The notes below the pieces were generated by a model. The model ran no database searches, was not told where the DNA came from, and saw only the letters and a list, made by a program, of their open reading frames with translations. This document shows positions 44,982-56,463 of a stretch of DNA of 64,000 nucleotides, one piece after another; position 1 is the stretch's first letter, and each line of letters opens with the position of its first letter. Source of the DNA: Bacillota bacterium (lineage in GTDB: Bacteria > Bacillota > JAAYKD01); NCBI GenBank assembly GCA_963666425.2, contig OY762825.2, positions 1,088,001 through 1,152,000 on the forward strand. Direction: 5' to 3'. A program made the translations under genes and the position numbers.

Positions 44982-45294
44982 TTTTCTCTACTTTGCGCGA
45001 AAGTTTTATTCCCACCATGTCGCCATGCCGGGTTTTATTCTTTCAGTGAAGTTGTTCCCTTCACTTTTTAATTTACTTCCTACGACTTTTCATAAATCCT
45101 TCGTTTGTTTTACTTACTGTTTTAAAAGATTTGCTATCTTTCTTCTCTATGCAATTTTCAAGGTGCAAGTTTTTGAGGCAGGTTTTTCAAGCTTTTTGTT
45201 GTTGAAATCCCTGAGAACTAAACAGCGATTGATTGACTGACGAAGCGGATCCGGTATCGATCTTAGAAGTTACCTTCTTTATGAAAGTGCTCCC

Positions 45295-46810
<1,516 letters not shown>

Positions 46811-47074
46811 ATTTTCTATTGCAGAGCTAATCTAGCTCTTATTTACGAAATTTTCGTCTTTCGACTACTGGCTTCTTTTTGCATATCTTACGATACGACT
46901 TTTTGTAACCCCTTCGATTTCTTGTCACGCACATGACAAGTCCTCTTCGGTCACTCGTTTTTGAATTGACCGGTTCTTGTTATCTTCGTCTTTTTTCTTT
47001 CGCTGTTTAGTTCTCAAGGATCTGTGTGCCCTGATGAGACTTTCCATTTACGTTTGTCTCAAGAGTGCTTTTTA

Positions 47075-47103
47075 ATAATACCTGTTTTCAAACCCTTTGT
47101 CAA
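47075..47103 (-). promoter_or_regulatory. rrn promoter
   Basis: TTGACA-17 nt-TATTAT with an A/T-rich upstream tract. Confidence 0.75.
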
Positions 47104-47214
47104 GCATGTTTTTCTATTTATTCTGTGGGATTTTGCTTGCCCGGCAAAGCTACAGGAAAGCGACGATCACAATTTTCGTAAATGCAAGAAAAATCAGGAG
47201 AAGAAACTATAAAT

Positions 47215-47838
47215 TCACAGCTTCAATTCCGGAAAATGTTGGTTATCCACGAGTTCACGATATTTTTTTACGATATTTTGCAGATCCAACCACACATCTT
47301 TCTTTAAATTCTCATTGCGCAGCAGTGCAGCCGGATGATAAGTAGCAATCAGCCAGGTTCCCTGCTTCTCAATCCATTGACCTCTGCTCTTGGTGATACC
47401 TGCCTGTGGATCCAACAGCGCATGCAAAGCAACAGCACCCAAGAGGACAACGATTTTTGGACGGATGCGTTTAAACTGTTCTCTTAAAATAGGCAGACAA
47501 AGCTGATATTCTTCCGGCAGGGGATTACGGTTCTGCGGCGGACGGCATTTGACGACATTGGTGATATAAACATTCTCCCGCCGGGAAAAGCCACCGGATG
47601 CCAGGATGCGATCGAGCAACTGCCCGGCCTTGCCAACAAAGGGCTCGCCAAGCCGATCTTCCTCGGCGCCCGGACCTTCACCGATCCACATGATTTTGGC
47701 GTTGCTTTTACCAACTCCAAAAACAACCTGCTGACAACCGGCCCGCAAAGGACAATTGCTACAAGTCAGTACAATTTGCTCCAAAGCTTGCAGATCATCG
47801 GCTTGTTTGATTTGATTGTAGAAAATTTTTTCTTCCAT
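47215..47838 (-). CDS. Uracil-DNA glycosylase family 4 (Fe-S)
   Basis: CSNCPL, GEGPG, PFVGKAG, NVVKCRPP, YHPAALLR. Confidence 0.95.
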   Translation of the reverse strand: MEEKIFYNQIKQADDLQALEQIVLTCSNCPLRAGCQQVVFGVGKSNAKIMWIGEGPGAEEDRLGEPFVGKAGQLLDRILASGGFSRRENVYITNVVKCRPPQNRNPLPEEYQLCLPILREQFKRIRPKIVVLLGAVALHALLDPQAGITKSRGQWIEKQGTWLIATYHPAALLRNENLKKDVWLDLQNIVKKYRELVDNQHFPELKL

Positions 47839-47909
47839 CGTTCAACCTCACGAAATAGAATTTTCCTGCCGATTGCGAAAATTTTGGAGATTACTGCCAG
47901 GGATCGTTT

Positions 47910-48416
47910 CTACAACAGACGAGCAGTATCCTCTTTCTGCAGCACGCTGCAGAAAATACCAGTCAAATGCTCCGCCGCTCGCTTTACTTCCTCACAAATT
48001 ATAAAACCTTGTTCTGTCGTTTGCGGTTGAATCCCGATACAGATGATTTCACAATCGATCTCCAGCGCAAGGTATTGGAACATAATCGGCAGCGGCAGCA
48101 TATGAGTCGAGAACGTCAGCCCTTCAATTTCCTCCGGGTCAATGAAACGAATTTCACCGATAGGAAGACCCAGCTGTGCGGCGTCAATCACCAGCAGCAA
48201 ATCCGGAGCAAATTCTTTGATTACTCCGGTAAAGTTCTCCGGCGCTGTTGAGCCGGCGATCATTAAAAATCGATCACTTTTGATCCGCTTGCTAAGCTGT
48301 TCAATCAGATACATGCCAACTCCGTCATCCGAGCGCAAGACAGAACCCACGCCGAGTATCGCTGTTTTTTGGCTCTTCGACAGTTTTTCTTGCAGCAGTG
48401 TACTCAATTCTTTCAT
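47910..48416 (-). CDS. hycI: Hydrogenase maturation endopeptidase (HycI-like)
   Basis: LGVGSVLRSDDGVG, APEN, VIDAA, STHMLP, GIQP. Confidence 0.9.
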   Translation of the reverse strand: MKELSTLLQEKLSKSQKTAILGVGSVLRSDDGVGMYLIEQLSKRIKSDRFLMIAGSTAPENFTGVIKEFAPDLLLVIDAAQLGLPIGEIRFIDPEEIEGLTFSTHMLPLPIMFQYLALEIDCEIICIGIQPQTTEQGFIICEEVKRAAEHLTGIFCSVLQKEDTARLL

Positions 48417-48778
48417 AACGTAACCGTTAAATCCTCTTTTTTACTCGAAGCAAAATCTACATTCTGTGAATAGGACAGACTATGCTTAGGACAGGTATCG
48501 ACGCACTGACAGCAAAAGATACAGCGCCCCAAATCGAGGATCGCTTTCATTTTTTTATCTTCTTTGCTGCCTTCGTTGATGATTTTGATCGCACCTGTCG
48601 GACAATCACGCATGCACATCAGACAGTTGATGCATGAAGAAGCATCATAATTGATGCGGCCATGGAAATTCCGCTCGAGTTGCGGTGCCCCTTTGCCGGC
48701 ATAAGAGATTGTTGCGGGCTTATGGAATAAATTCACCAAAGCCTCCAGCGTAATCACGCCGGGTCTCATTTTTGCCAT
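48413..48778 (-). CDS. 2x[4Fe-4S] subunit (NuoI/EchF/MbhN-like)
   Basis: CINCLMCMRDCP and CIFCCQCVDTCP. Confidence 0.92.
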   Translation of the reverse strand: MAKMRPGVITLEALVNLFHKPATISYAGKGAPQLERNFHGRINYDASSCINCLMCMRDCPTGAIKIINEGSKEDKKMKAILDLGRCIFCCQCVDTCPKHSLSYSQNVDFASSKKEDLTVTL

Positions 48779-48779
48779 C

Positions 48780-49721
48780 TTATAATACCCCCCGAATCAA
48801 AAGATTGAATACCACCTGCAGCAAAGCGACAGGTGTGAGATATTTCCAACAGAACCGCACGATTTCACTGATCACGAGTCTTGCCATGGTTGCACGCATC
48901 AAAGTTAATAAGAAAAGCCCGAACAGAGTCTTTGCAAAATACAAGAGGAGGTCGAGCCAGAAGATCCCGGTCATAAAAGGCAGATAAACAGCTGAGAAAA
49001 GAGACAAAATCAACACCAATTCACAATTTGAAGCCAGTTTGAAGAAAGCCAATAAACGGCCGCCATACTCCACTAACGCACCGGATACAATTTCGGTTTC
49101 CGCCTCCGGAGAGTCAAAAGGAGCACGTTCCATTTTACATTGGAAAGAGACCAGCGCTGTCAACATACAAGGAATATTGATCAAAGCATAGAGCGGATGA
49201 GCAGCATAGTAAGCAGCAATACCGCTGATCGACCAACTGCCGGACAGCAGAGTTGGAGCCAGTAGAGAAATGAAGAGAGGTACTTCATAAACAAACATCT
49301 GCGTCAAAATACGCGTTGCACCCAGTGTAGCAAAAACGCCGCGGGAATACCAACCGGCAAGAAACATGGCAAGGGTCGGAATCGCCAGAAAGTAAAGCAC
49401 AATGATCAGATCACCGCTAAAAGAAAATACGGCGTGCATTCCGAGCACCGGCACATATAAAAAAGCGGAAGCGACTGCAGACAGCGACACAATCGGCATG
49501 CTGCGGAACATACTTTCATCAGCATCAGCCGGAATGATCGTTTTCTTACCGATCAATTTCAAGAAATCAGCAAGCGGCTGGTACCAGGGCGGACCAATTC
49601 GATTTTGCATACGGGCATAGAGCTTGCGGTCGGCAAATTCCACGAAGAAACCATAAACAGACAGAAACAGAAATCCCGGCAGGATCAATACTTTACTAAG
49701 GACAGCAAGAAATTGAATCAT
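48780..49721 (-). CDS. Membrane subunit NuoH/EchB/HycD-like
   Basis: DRKLYARMQNRIGPP, QPLADFLKL, RAPFDSPEAETEIVSG..VEYGG. Confidence 0.93.
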   Translation of the reverse strand: MIQFLAVLSKVLILPGFLFLSVYGFFVEFADRKLYARMQNRIGPPWYQPLADFLKLIGKKTIIPADADESMFRSMPIVSLSAVASAFLYVPVLGMHAVFSFSGDLIIVLYFLAIPTLAMFLAGWYSRGVFATLGATRILTQMFVYEVPLFISLLAPTLLSGSWSISGIAAYYAAHPLYALINIPCMLTALVSFQCKMERAPFDSPEAETEIVSGALVEYGGRLLAFFKLASNCELVLILSLFSAVYLPFMTGIFWLDLLLYFAKTLFGLFLLTLMRATMARLVISEIVRFCWKYLTPVALLQVVFNLLIRGVL

Positions 49722-49739
49722 AGATACAGTTCCACCCCT

Positions 49740-50945
49740 CTAAAGCTTCAGCGTTGAACAGTCAACACCTTGCTTTTTATACCAATCAATACTGTATTGG
49801 CGCAAGCCCCGCCAATCCGTCAGTTTTGTCTTGTTTTCCGATTGGATCACGATAGCGCGATCTGTACAGGAATAGCAGGGATCAATGGCGGCAATGGTAA
49901 TCGGTACGTCGGCCAAATTACCGCCTTCCAGCATATGCTGCATGCCATGCCAATTTGCCTGCGAAGGTGCCCGGACACGAACTCTGTCCGGCATATCGCT
50001 GCCATTGGAGCGAACATAATGAATCACTTCTCCGCGCGGAGCCTCTAAACGAATCAATGCTTCGCCAGCCGCTACTCTGCGCGGCACTCTCACAGTGATG
50101 GGGCCATCCGGCAGGTTTTTAATGCAAAACCGAATGATTCGTAAGCTTTCCTGCATTTCTAAAATACGGACAACCGTCCTGCCATAAACATCGGCGCCCT
50201 GATCGGTAGCCACCTTGACAGGAAAATCTTTATAGGCGCCATACGGTTCAATCACACGCATATCTTCCGCAATTCCGGCTGCTCTTGCGACCGGACCTAC
50301 CGCGCCAAAGTGGATAGCGTCTTCGTAGGATAATTTACCTACACCGACGAGCCTTACGGCTAAGGTGGATTCACTCAAGGCGAGATGCAGATAGCTCTTG
50401 ATCTCCTCTTCCAATGTATCGACGGTGCTGAGAATTTCACCATTGATGATTTCATCAAAATCCCGGCGGACACCGCCAAAGGTATTGACACCATAATTGA
50501 CGCGGTTGCCGCCCACGGTTGCTAATAGGTTCAGAACTTTTTCTCTGTTTCTCCAGGTATACATAAACATCGTGTCAAAGCCGATTTCATGAAAAGCAAT
50601 CCCGAGCCAAAGCAAATGGCTGTGCAGCCGTTCCAATTCAGCAACCACCACACGAATATATTCAGCCCGTTTCGGCGCGCTGATGCCATTCAGTTCTTCA
50701 ATTGCCATACAAAAGGCAGTGCTGTGGACGTGAGAACAAATCCCGCACACCCGTTCGATGATATAGAGATCCTGAATATAAATCCTGCTTTCACAGGCTT
50801 TCTCGAGTCCGCGATGGTTATAGCCGATGCCGATGATGGCATTGGTCACTTTTTCCCCTTCCAGGGTAATCGTAAAGGTTGCCGGCTCTTCCAGAGAAGG
50901 ATGCTGAGGTCCAATCGGGACCACTATTTGATTTTTTTCGATCAT
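49740..50945 (-). CDS. Group 4 [NiFe]-hydrogenase large subunit
   Basis: L1 ERVCGICSHVH and L2 DPCYSCTDR followed by a cleavable C-terminal extension; GPQHP, EAPRGE. Confidence 0.95.
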   Translation of the reverse strand: MIEKNQIVVPIGPQHPSLEEPATFTITLEGEKVTNAIIGIGYNHRGLEKACESRIYIQDLYIIERVCGICSHVHSTAFCMAIEELNGISAPKRAEYIRVVVAELERLHSHLLWLGIAFHEIGFDTMFMYTWRNREKVLNLLATVGGNRVNYGVNTFGGVRRDFDEIINGEILSTVDTLEEEIKSYLHLALSESTLAVRLVGVGKLSYEDAIHFGAVGPVARAAGIAEDMRVIEPYGAYKDFPVKVATDQGADVYGRTVVRILEMQESLRIIRFCIKNLPDGPITVRVPRRVAAGEALIRLEAPRGEVIHYVRSNGSDMPDRVRVRAPSQANWHGMQHMLEGGNLADVPITIAAIDPCYSCTDRAIVIQSENKTKLTDWRGLRQYSIDWYKKQGVDCSTLKL

Positions 50946-51448
50946 TTCTGTTCCTCCTTTTCCAGCGGCGGTTCATAAGTCATCGTGTTCCGATTAAAAT
51001 AGTCCGGGTTCCATTCTTTCCGCATTGGGTAGTTGCCTTCCGGCCAGCCATCGGCCAGCGGATAGGAAATACCCTCCGGCAGGCCCTCAACAATCACGCC
51101 GAATAAACTGATTAATTCGCGCTCGTGCATCATCAGGCAAGGGTATAAATCAGATAAAGTGGTCACAACAGGATTCGTTTTTGCAACACTTTCCCGCAAG
51201 GCCAGCAAAATAAACTCCGAGTTTGACAAAATATAGAGAAGCCCCAGATTTTCACCATCGTCAGTCCCTACCACATGGTGGCCCCGGTGAAAATCCAATT
51301 CGTCATGCACGAAAGCAATCACCTGCATAAATTCGTCTCGGCTTAAGGCCTCTGAAAAAATCCGTTTCGCCCTTTTAGCAGTGATGCGTCCTTGTAAAAA
51401 GGGAAACCTCTCGCAAAGGATTCGGACAATTCTTTCTTCATTTTCCAT
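50942..51448 (-). CDS. NuoC/EchD/MbhK-like subunit
   Basis: HERELISLFGV, WPEGNYPMRKEW. Confidence 0.88.
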   Translation of the reverse strand: MENEERIVRILCERFPFLQGRITAKRAKRIFSEALSRDEFMQVIAFVHDELDFHRGHHVVGTDDGENLGLLYILSNSEFILLALRESVAKTNPVVTTLSDLYPCLMMHERELISLFGVIVEGLPEGISYPLADGWPEGNYPMRKEWNPDYFNRNTMTYEPPLEKEEQK

Positions 51449-51932
51449 CCTGCTCGCCTCCTAAATCGTTCGGTTTGTTTGGGGTCTTCCCGTCGTCGGT
51501 GCTGCCGTGCAGCAACTTATCAACCGCATTCAGAATGGTTTCCGGGCGGACAGAACAGCCCGGCAGATACATATCAACCGGGACAACGCTGTCTATGCCT
51601 CCGATCACACTGTAACAGCCGTCAAAAATGCCGCCGGTACAAGCGCAGGTTCCGATTGCGATCACAAATTTTGGTTCCGACATCTGATCATAGATCTGAA
51701 TCAAACGCTCCTTGGTCTGCAGAGTGACGGCGCCGGTACACAACAAGACGTCCGCGTGGCGCGGACTGCCTTGTTTGGTAATTCCGATGCGTTCCAAATC
51801 ATATCTTGGTGTCAGGGCATCAATTGTCTCAATATCGCAGCCATTACAGGCTCCTGCATTGAAATGAATGATCCAGGGAGATTTCCCTGTTCCCCATTGG
51901 ATTGCTTTTTGTAGTATGTTCAAATTTTTCAC
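51438..51932 (-). CDS. Hydrogenase small subunit (NuoB/EchC/MbhJ-like)
   Basis: GACNGCDIE, SPRHAD, GTCAC.GG, YLPGC. Confidence 0.95.
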   Translation of the reverse strand: MKNLNILQKAIQWGTGKSPWIIHFNAGACNGCDIETIDALTPRYDLERIGITKQGSPRHADVLLCTGAVTLQTKERLIQIYDQMSEPKFVIAIGTCACTGGIFDGCYSVIGGIDSVVPVDMYLPGCSVRPETILNAVDKLLHGSTDDGKTPNKPNDLGGEQDGK

Positions 51933-52255
51933 CTCTTAAAGACCATCAAAATCGTTAACATGCCGGTTACGATGTAAGCGATTGGCAGCAGACTGGCTTC
52001 GGCGGGAGCCGTTGCCACAACAAGAATCATGACATGAACCACCGTGAAGACAAAAGCATATTGGAAAAACTGACTGTAATCCGGATTAACATAGTTTTCA
52101 ATATCCCGCTGCCCGCAGGCATAAGCATCCAAGGCGCGTTCGTCGAGCGGTGATTTATTAGCATAATGGGATAACCATCGCGAAGACAAACTTAGCAGGA
52201 AGAAAAAGAAAACGAAAAGAACCGGTGGTGAAAATAAGATTGCTTCCATATTCAT
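51929..52255 (-). CDS. NuoA/MbhI-like small membrane subunit
   Basis: TM, AYACG loop, two further TMs; operon position. Confidence 0.72.
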   Translation of the reverse strand: MNMEAILFSPPVLFVFFFFLLSLSSRWLSHYANKSPLDERALDAYACGQRDIENYVNPDYSQFFQYAFVFTVVHVMILVVATAPAEASLLPIAYIVTGMLTILMVFKR

Positions 52256-52257
52256 TC

Positions 52258-52563
52258 CTACCCTTTCAATTGCGTTAAGTTACGGATATCCATGTTGCCG
52301 TACTTATGATATAAACCGATTGTCACCCCAGCCAAAACTACCGCCACCACCACTTCCAGAACAATGGCTGTAATCACATAAGCCTGCGCCAATCCCATAT
52401 GGCCGTTCATATATCCGGCGAAAATCAAAAACATCGTTCCCGCCTTCATGGCGATTTCAATTCCGATAATGATTTTCAGCATATGATAGGAACGAATCAA
52501 ACAATAACAACCGATCAGGATCATTAAAAAACCAACAATCAACATTACTGTTTCAATTGTCAT
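52258..52563 (-). CDS. NuoK/MrpC-like membrane subunit
   Basis: 3 TMs, KIIIGIEIA, ITAIVLEVVV, LTQLKG ending. Confidence 0.85.
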   Translation of the reverse strand: MTIETVMLIVGFLMILIGCYCLIRSYHMLKIIIGIEIAMKAGTMFLIFAGYMNGHMGLAQAYVITAIVLEVVVAVVLAGVTIGLYHKYGNMDIRNLTQLKG

Positions 52564-53048
52564 TTTGCTTCCTCCTTCAGTAAGACGACGACTGCAATCC
52601 CACCGATCAGAATTGCAGTGATTTGTCCGAGGATGTCGGCACTGCGCGTAGTCCAGAATACACTTTGAAAATCCTCCATCGTGCTTTGAGCGAGCACTGT
52701 AAGGTTGATATCCTTGGTTAATGCCACCGCAACCACGGTAAATCCGCCAAAAAGCAGAACATACGGCAAATAAGCCATGCGCTTTTTATCATCATAAAGC
52801 TTTTGCACATCTTCTTTTTTCATATTGGATAAGCTGATCGAGCTGATAAATACGACAGTGACTAACCCAGAGCAGACTGAAACTTCGAAAACAGCTGCCC
52901 AGGTTGCCCCCAAAAGAAACATGACTACAGCAAGGGCAGCGCTTGCCGCAGCAAGATAGATCGCCGATTTTAGAATACTGCGGGACTTCACCGCCATGAA
53001 ACAGAAGCTGAGAAGAAAAGCCAAGCTGATATAAATAATTGTATCCAT
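52560..53048 (-). CDS. NuoJ-like membrane subunit
   Basis: About 5 TMs, AAVFEVSVCSGL, DILGQ..AIL.G; operon position. Confidence 0.72.
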   Translation of the reverse strand: MDTIIYISLAFLLSFCFMAVKSRSILKSAIYLAAASAALAVVMFLLGATWAAVFEVSVCSGLVTVVFISSISLSNMKKEDVQKLYDDKKRMAYLPYVLLFGGFTVVAVALTKDINLTVLAQSTMEDFQSVFWTTRSADILGQITAILIGGIAVVVLLKEEAK

Positions 53049-53081
53049 ACGTTACCTCCTATCTGCATACGCTGAGCGCAG

Positions 53082-54545
53082 TTATACCAAGTTGAGAGAT
53101 TGTAAATATAACAGGATCAACGGAAATAGGATCCCAGCTACTGCAGTGATCGCTGTCAATAAAATCTCCGCGAATTTTATGCTGCCTTTAATCTCACTGA
53201 CAGAAGCAAGTGCTGCAGGAGTTTTACCAAAAAATACTTTTTTCTGCAAGCGGAGAAAGTAGGCTGCGGTCAATATACTGACGCACAAGGCAAAGCCGCC
53301 TAGGATTCTGTGATCGGTGTTCCACAAAGCTGTTATGATCAGAAATTTACTCCAAAATCCCAGAAAAGGCGGAATCCCCGCCGTGGACAGAAAGGCGATG
53401 ATGGAAGAAAACGCTGTCACCGGCATGCGGTTCTGCAAACCACCCATTTCATTGATATCCAAGGTGCCAGTCTGCTCATGCAGAGCGGCGGCGTTAGCAA
53501 ACAGAGTCGATTTAAAAGTAGCATGACTGAAGACATGCGCCACAGCGCCGACTAGTCCCAACGTGCTGCCTGTGCTGAGCCCAAGCAGAATATATCCCAT
53601 TTGGCTCACACTGGAATAGGCGACAATTCGCTTAAAATGGTCCTGCCGCAAAGCCAACAGCGCTCCTGTAACAATGGACAGCATACCCAAAACCGCCAGA
53701 GAAACCTGAATTGCCTGCACGCCGGCAAACAATTGGGTCAGAACAACAAAACTATAAATTCCCGCTACCTTGATCACGATACCGCTCAGCAGCACCGATA
53801 CTGAGGTGTCGGCGCTTTGATGCGCATCCGGCAGCCAACTATGAAACGGAACGGCACCTGTCTTGATAGCAAATCCGGCCATCAAGAGAATCAGCGCAAA
53901 ATACAGCATCGTATTGAGGGGATGCGGCGCAGTTTTCAAAAGACCGCTGTTGATCACATCATAGGACAAGCTGCCCGTCTGCATGAAAATAAAAGAAAGT
54001 CCGGTCAGGATGAAAATAGTCGCCAGTGCAGAGATAACCAAGTATTTAATTGAGCCTTCTAACCCGGTTCTGGAGCGGAATAAAGCGATCATCACAAAGC
54101 TGGAAATACCCACAACATCCAAGAAAACATAGAGCGAAAATAAATCGCTAACCAGCAGCATGCCATTCATGCCAATTAATAAAGTCATCAGAAGATTGAC
54201 ATAGGAGCTTTTATTGGCGTCAATAGTTCGTTTCGCGATCAGCACAGAGATAAAAGAAACTAAACCGACGCAGAAAAGGAAAACCAAAGCAACCGCAGTC
54301 AGATGAAACACTCCCGCCTGCTGGCTGTTTGCTTTACCCAAAACAGAAAAAGTGTAGGCGCTAAAATGGTTCTCCGACATCAGGTAAAAAGCAGCTGCCA
54401 CAGCCAACATCTGAAAGACGGTAACCGCACCCGCTAAAAGATGAAATTGATTCTCGATCCATTTCTTTGGCAGAATATTATTCAAAATGATCGCAGCTAG
54501 CGGAACAAGAATAAAGGTATTCGCGATATAATCCAGATAATTCAT
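53082..54545 (-). CDS. Antiporter-like subunit (NuoN/MrpD family)
   Basis: KTGAVPFHSWLPDAH, KRIVAYSSVSQMGY, GIPPFLGFWSK. Confidence 0.92.
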   Translation of the reverse strand: MNYLDYIANTFILVPLAAIILNNILPKKWIENQFHLLAGAVTVFQMLAVAAAFYLMSENHFSAYTFSVLGKANSQQAGVFHLTAVALVFLFCVGLVSFISVLIAKRTIDANKSSYVNLLMTLLIGMNGMLLVSDLFSLYVFLDVVGISSFVMIALFRSRTGLEGSIKYLVISALATIFILTGLSFIFMQTGSLSYDVINSGLLKTAPHPLNTMLYFALILLMAGFAIKTGAVPFHSWLPDAHQSADTSVSVLLSGIVIKVAGIYSFVVLTQLFAGVQAIQVSLAVLGMLSIVTGALLALRQDHFKRIVAYSSVSQMGYILLGLSTGSTLGLVGAVAHVFSHATFKSTLFANAAALHEQTGTLDINEMGGLQNRMPVTAFSSIIAFLSTAGIPPFLGFWSKFLIITALWNTDHRILGGFALCVSILTAAYFLRLQKKVFFGKTPAALASVSEIKGSIKFAEILLTAITAVAGILFPLILLYLQSLNLV

Positions 54546-54594
54546 AGTACCCTCCCCATAGCCAAATCAGTCAGGCAAATTGCTAACGATTTCA

Positions 54595-56463
54595 TCATGG
54601 CAGCGTGATTAAAAACAACAGTGTAATCAAAGCAAGCCCAACAATTGCCAAAGTCAGGTAACGGGGTAGGCTGCCGTTGTCGAAACGATGGAGAGCCGTT
54701 CCGACTCCTGTAACCAAACCGGGAACCCCAACATCATATATCCAACTCACACCGTGTTCTATTTTTTCACAAACAAAGGAAAAACCGCCTGTGATTGCCA
54801 GCAACCAACGATACGGATCAAAAATTCCATTTTCTGCCCATTGGTAAATTTGTTTCAATCCTGCTGCATTATGAATATGATCGGCCGCGGCCAAAGCACT
54901 GCCTGTCTTCTTCGCTCCGTAAATGTGGTCAGCCACTGCCAGGCATAAGGCAGCCACTGAGATCGCAACCAACAAAGCGGAATGAGGCCAGCCGGAAAAA
55001 GATTCTTCATAGCCTAAGACTGGTCCTAACAGATGATCGAGCGGCAGAGAATTTCCCACCCCGAAGAGCAGACAAAAGGCAGCCAGAATAACGATTGGAA
55101 TTAACATACCCGGCTTCGTTTCTTTGATCTCCTTTTTGCCTTTTGGCAGCTGCAGTTTACCAAAGAATAAAGAGCGTCCGATCTTCAAAAAGGACAGAGC
55201 CGTCATCAAAGCACCCAACAGCGCTCCCAGGTAGAAAACAGGATGGATCTCCAAAGCCGCATCAAAAATCAATTCTTTCGAGAAGAAACCATTAAACCCG
55301 GGAAATCCTGCAATGGAGAAGGCAAAAATCAGAAAACAGAGCGCGGTAATCGGCATTTTTTTGCGTAAACCACTCAACTGATGTAGATCAGTCGTGCCGG
55401 TATTCCGTTCAATACTGCCGGAAATCATAAACAAGCCGGTTTTATAGAGCACATGATTGACCAAGTGGAACAAACCGCCAATGATACCAACCGGAAGACC
55501 CGATCCAATCCCCAAGACCATATAACCGAGCTGGCTGATCGCATGATAGGATAAGAGACGTTTCATATCTTTCTGAATCAAAGCCATGGCGACGGCGAAA
55601 ACAATGGTGACCGTCCCTACGCTCATCATGATGATACTCATTAGACCACCGGGCACAAAATCATAAACACCTAACACAATTCTGGCGGCAAAATAGATGC
55701 CCAGTATTTTTTCTAAAGACGCCGGAAAAGCGACCATGAAAACAGTCGGTGCGTCATCAGAGGCATTTGGTATCCAACTGTGAAAAGGCATGCTGCCTGC
55801 TTTGCCAATAGCACCGAACATCAGGCAGAGGAATCCCAAAATGCCGATACCTTGAATCGGCAGCTTGCTGATTTGGCTAAGATTACCTGTTCCCGCCAGA
55901 TAAGTGGTGAGAATGATACCAAGCATCAGCAATAGATCTGCTGAACCGGAAATCGTCAGCGCTTTGACTGCCGCAGCGGGATGCTCCTGATTGTTGATCA
56001 AGAGAATTCCAAACAAAGTACAAAGAAGCCCTTCCCAGAAAAACAGCATGATGCCGAGATGATCGGCGAGAATTGCCCCGTTAATCAAGGCAAGACTGAG
56101 ATAAAGATAGAAGAGGTAGAGCCCCTGAAAAGATACACGGCTTAGATTGGCTACTGTATAAAGAGCAATCAGACAAAACATGGCTGCCGTAAATGTCAGG
56201 AAAAACGCGGAAAAGGCATAGGAGCGCAGAGAAAATTCAAAACCGAAGGCCGTAAACGGCAGTTTCGCATAAAATTCAGCAGTTGTATACAAACTGAGCG
56301 AAAAAACCAGATTTGCAAACGCTGCCGCTGCCGCGGTGACTGCCTGCAGGACCGCTTGCTTGCGGAAGAGCCAGAGCAAGATACCGCTGACGATCGGCAG
56401 CCCGACCATACAGAGCAGAAGATTACTATTCAGTTTTAGAAATTCAGCGATGACATGCAGCAT
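54595..56463 (-). CDS. Antiporter-like subunit (NuoL/MrpA family, with C-terminal helix + TM)
   Basis: FFWE, KAGSMPFHSWIP, KRLLSYHAISQLGY, GFFSKE. Confidence 0.92.
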   Translation of the reverse strand: MLHVIAEFLKLNSNLLLCMVGLPIVSGILLWLFRKQAVLQAVTAAAAAFANLVFSLSLYTTAEFYAKLPFTAFGFEFSLRSYAFSAFFLTFTAAMFCLIALYTVANLSRVSFQGLYLFYLYLSLALINGAILADHLGIMLFFWEGLLCTLFGILLINNQEHPAAAVKALTISGSADLLLMLGIILTTYLAGTGNLSQISKLPIQGIGILGFLCLMFGAIGKAGSMPFHSWIPNASDDAPTVFMVAFPASLEKILGIYFAARIVLGVYDFVPGGLMSIIMMSVGTVTIVFAVAMALIQKDMKRLLSYHAISQLGYMVLGIGSGLPVGIIGGLFHLVNHVLYKTGLFMISGSIERNTGTTDLHQLSGLRKKMPITALCFLIFAFSIAGFPGFNGFFSKELIFDAALEIHPVFYLGALLGALMTALSFLKIGRSLFFGKLQLPKGKKEIKETKPGMLIPIVILAAFCLLFGVGNSLPLDHLLGPVLGYEESFSGWPHSALLVAISVAALCLAVADHIYGAKKTGSALAAADHIHNAAGLKQIYQWAENGIFDPYRWLLAITGGFSFVCEKIEHGVSWIYDVGVPGLVTGVGTALHRFDNGSLPRYLTLAIVGLALITLLFLITLP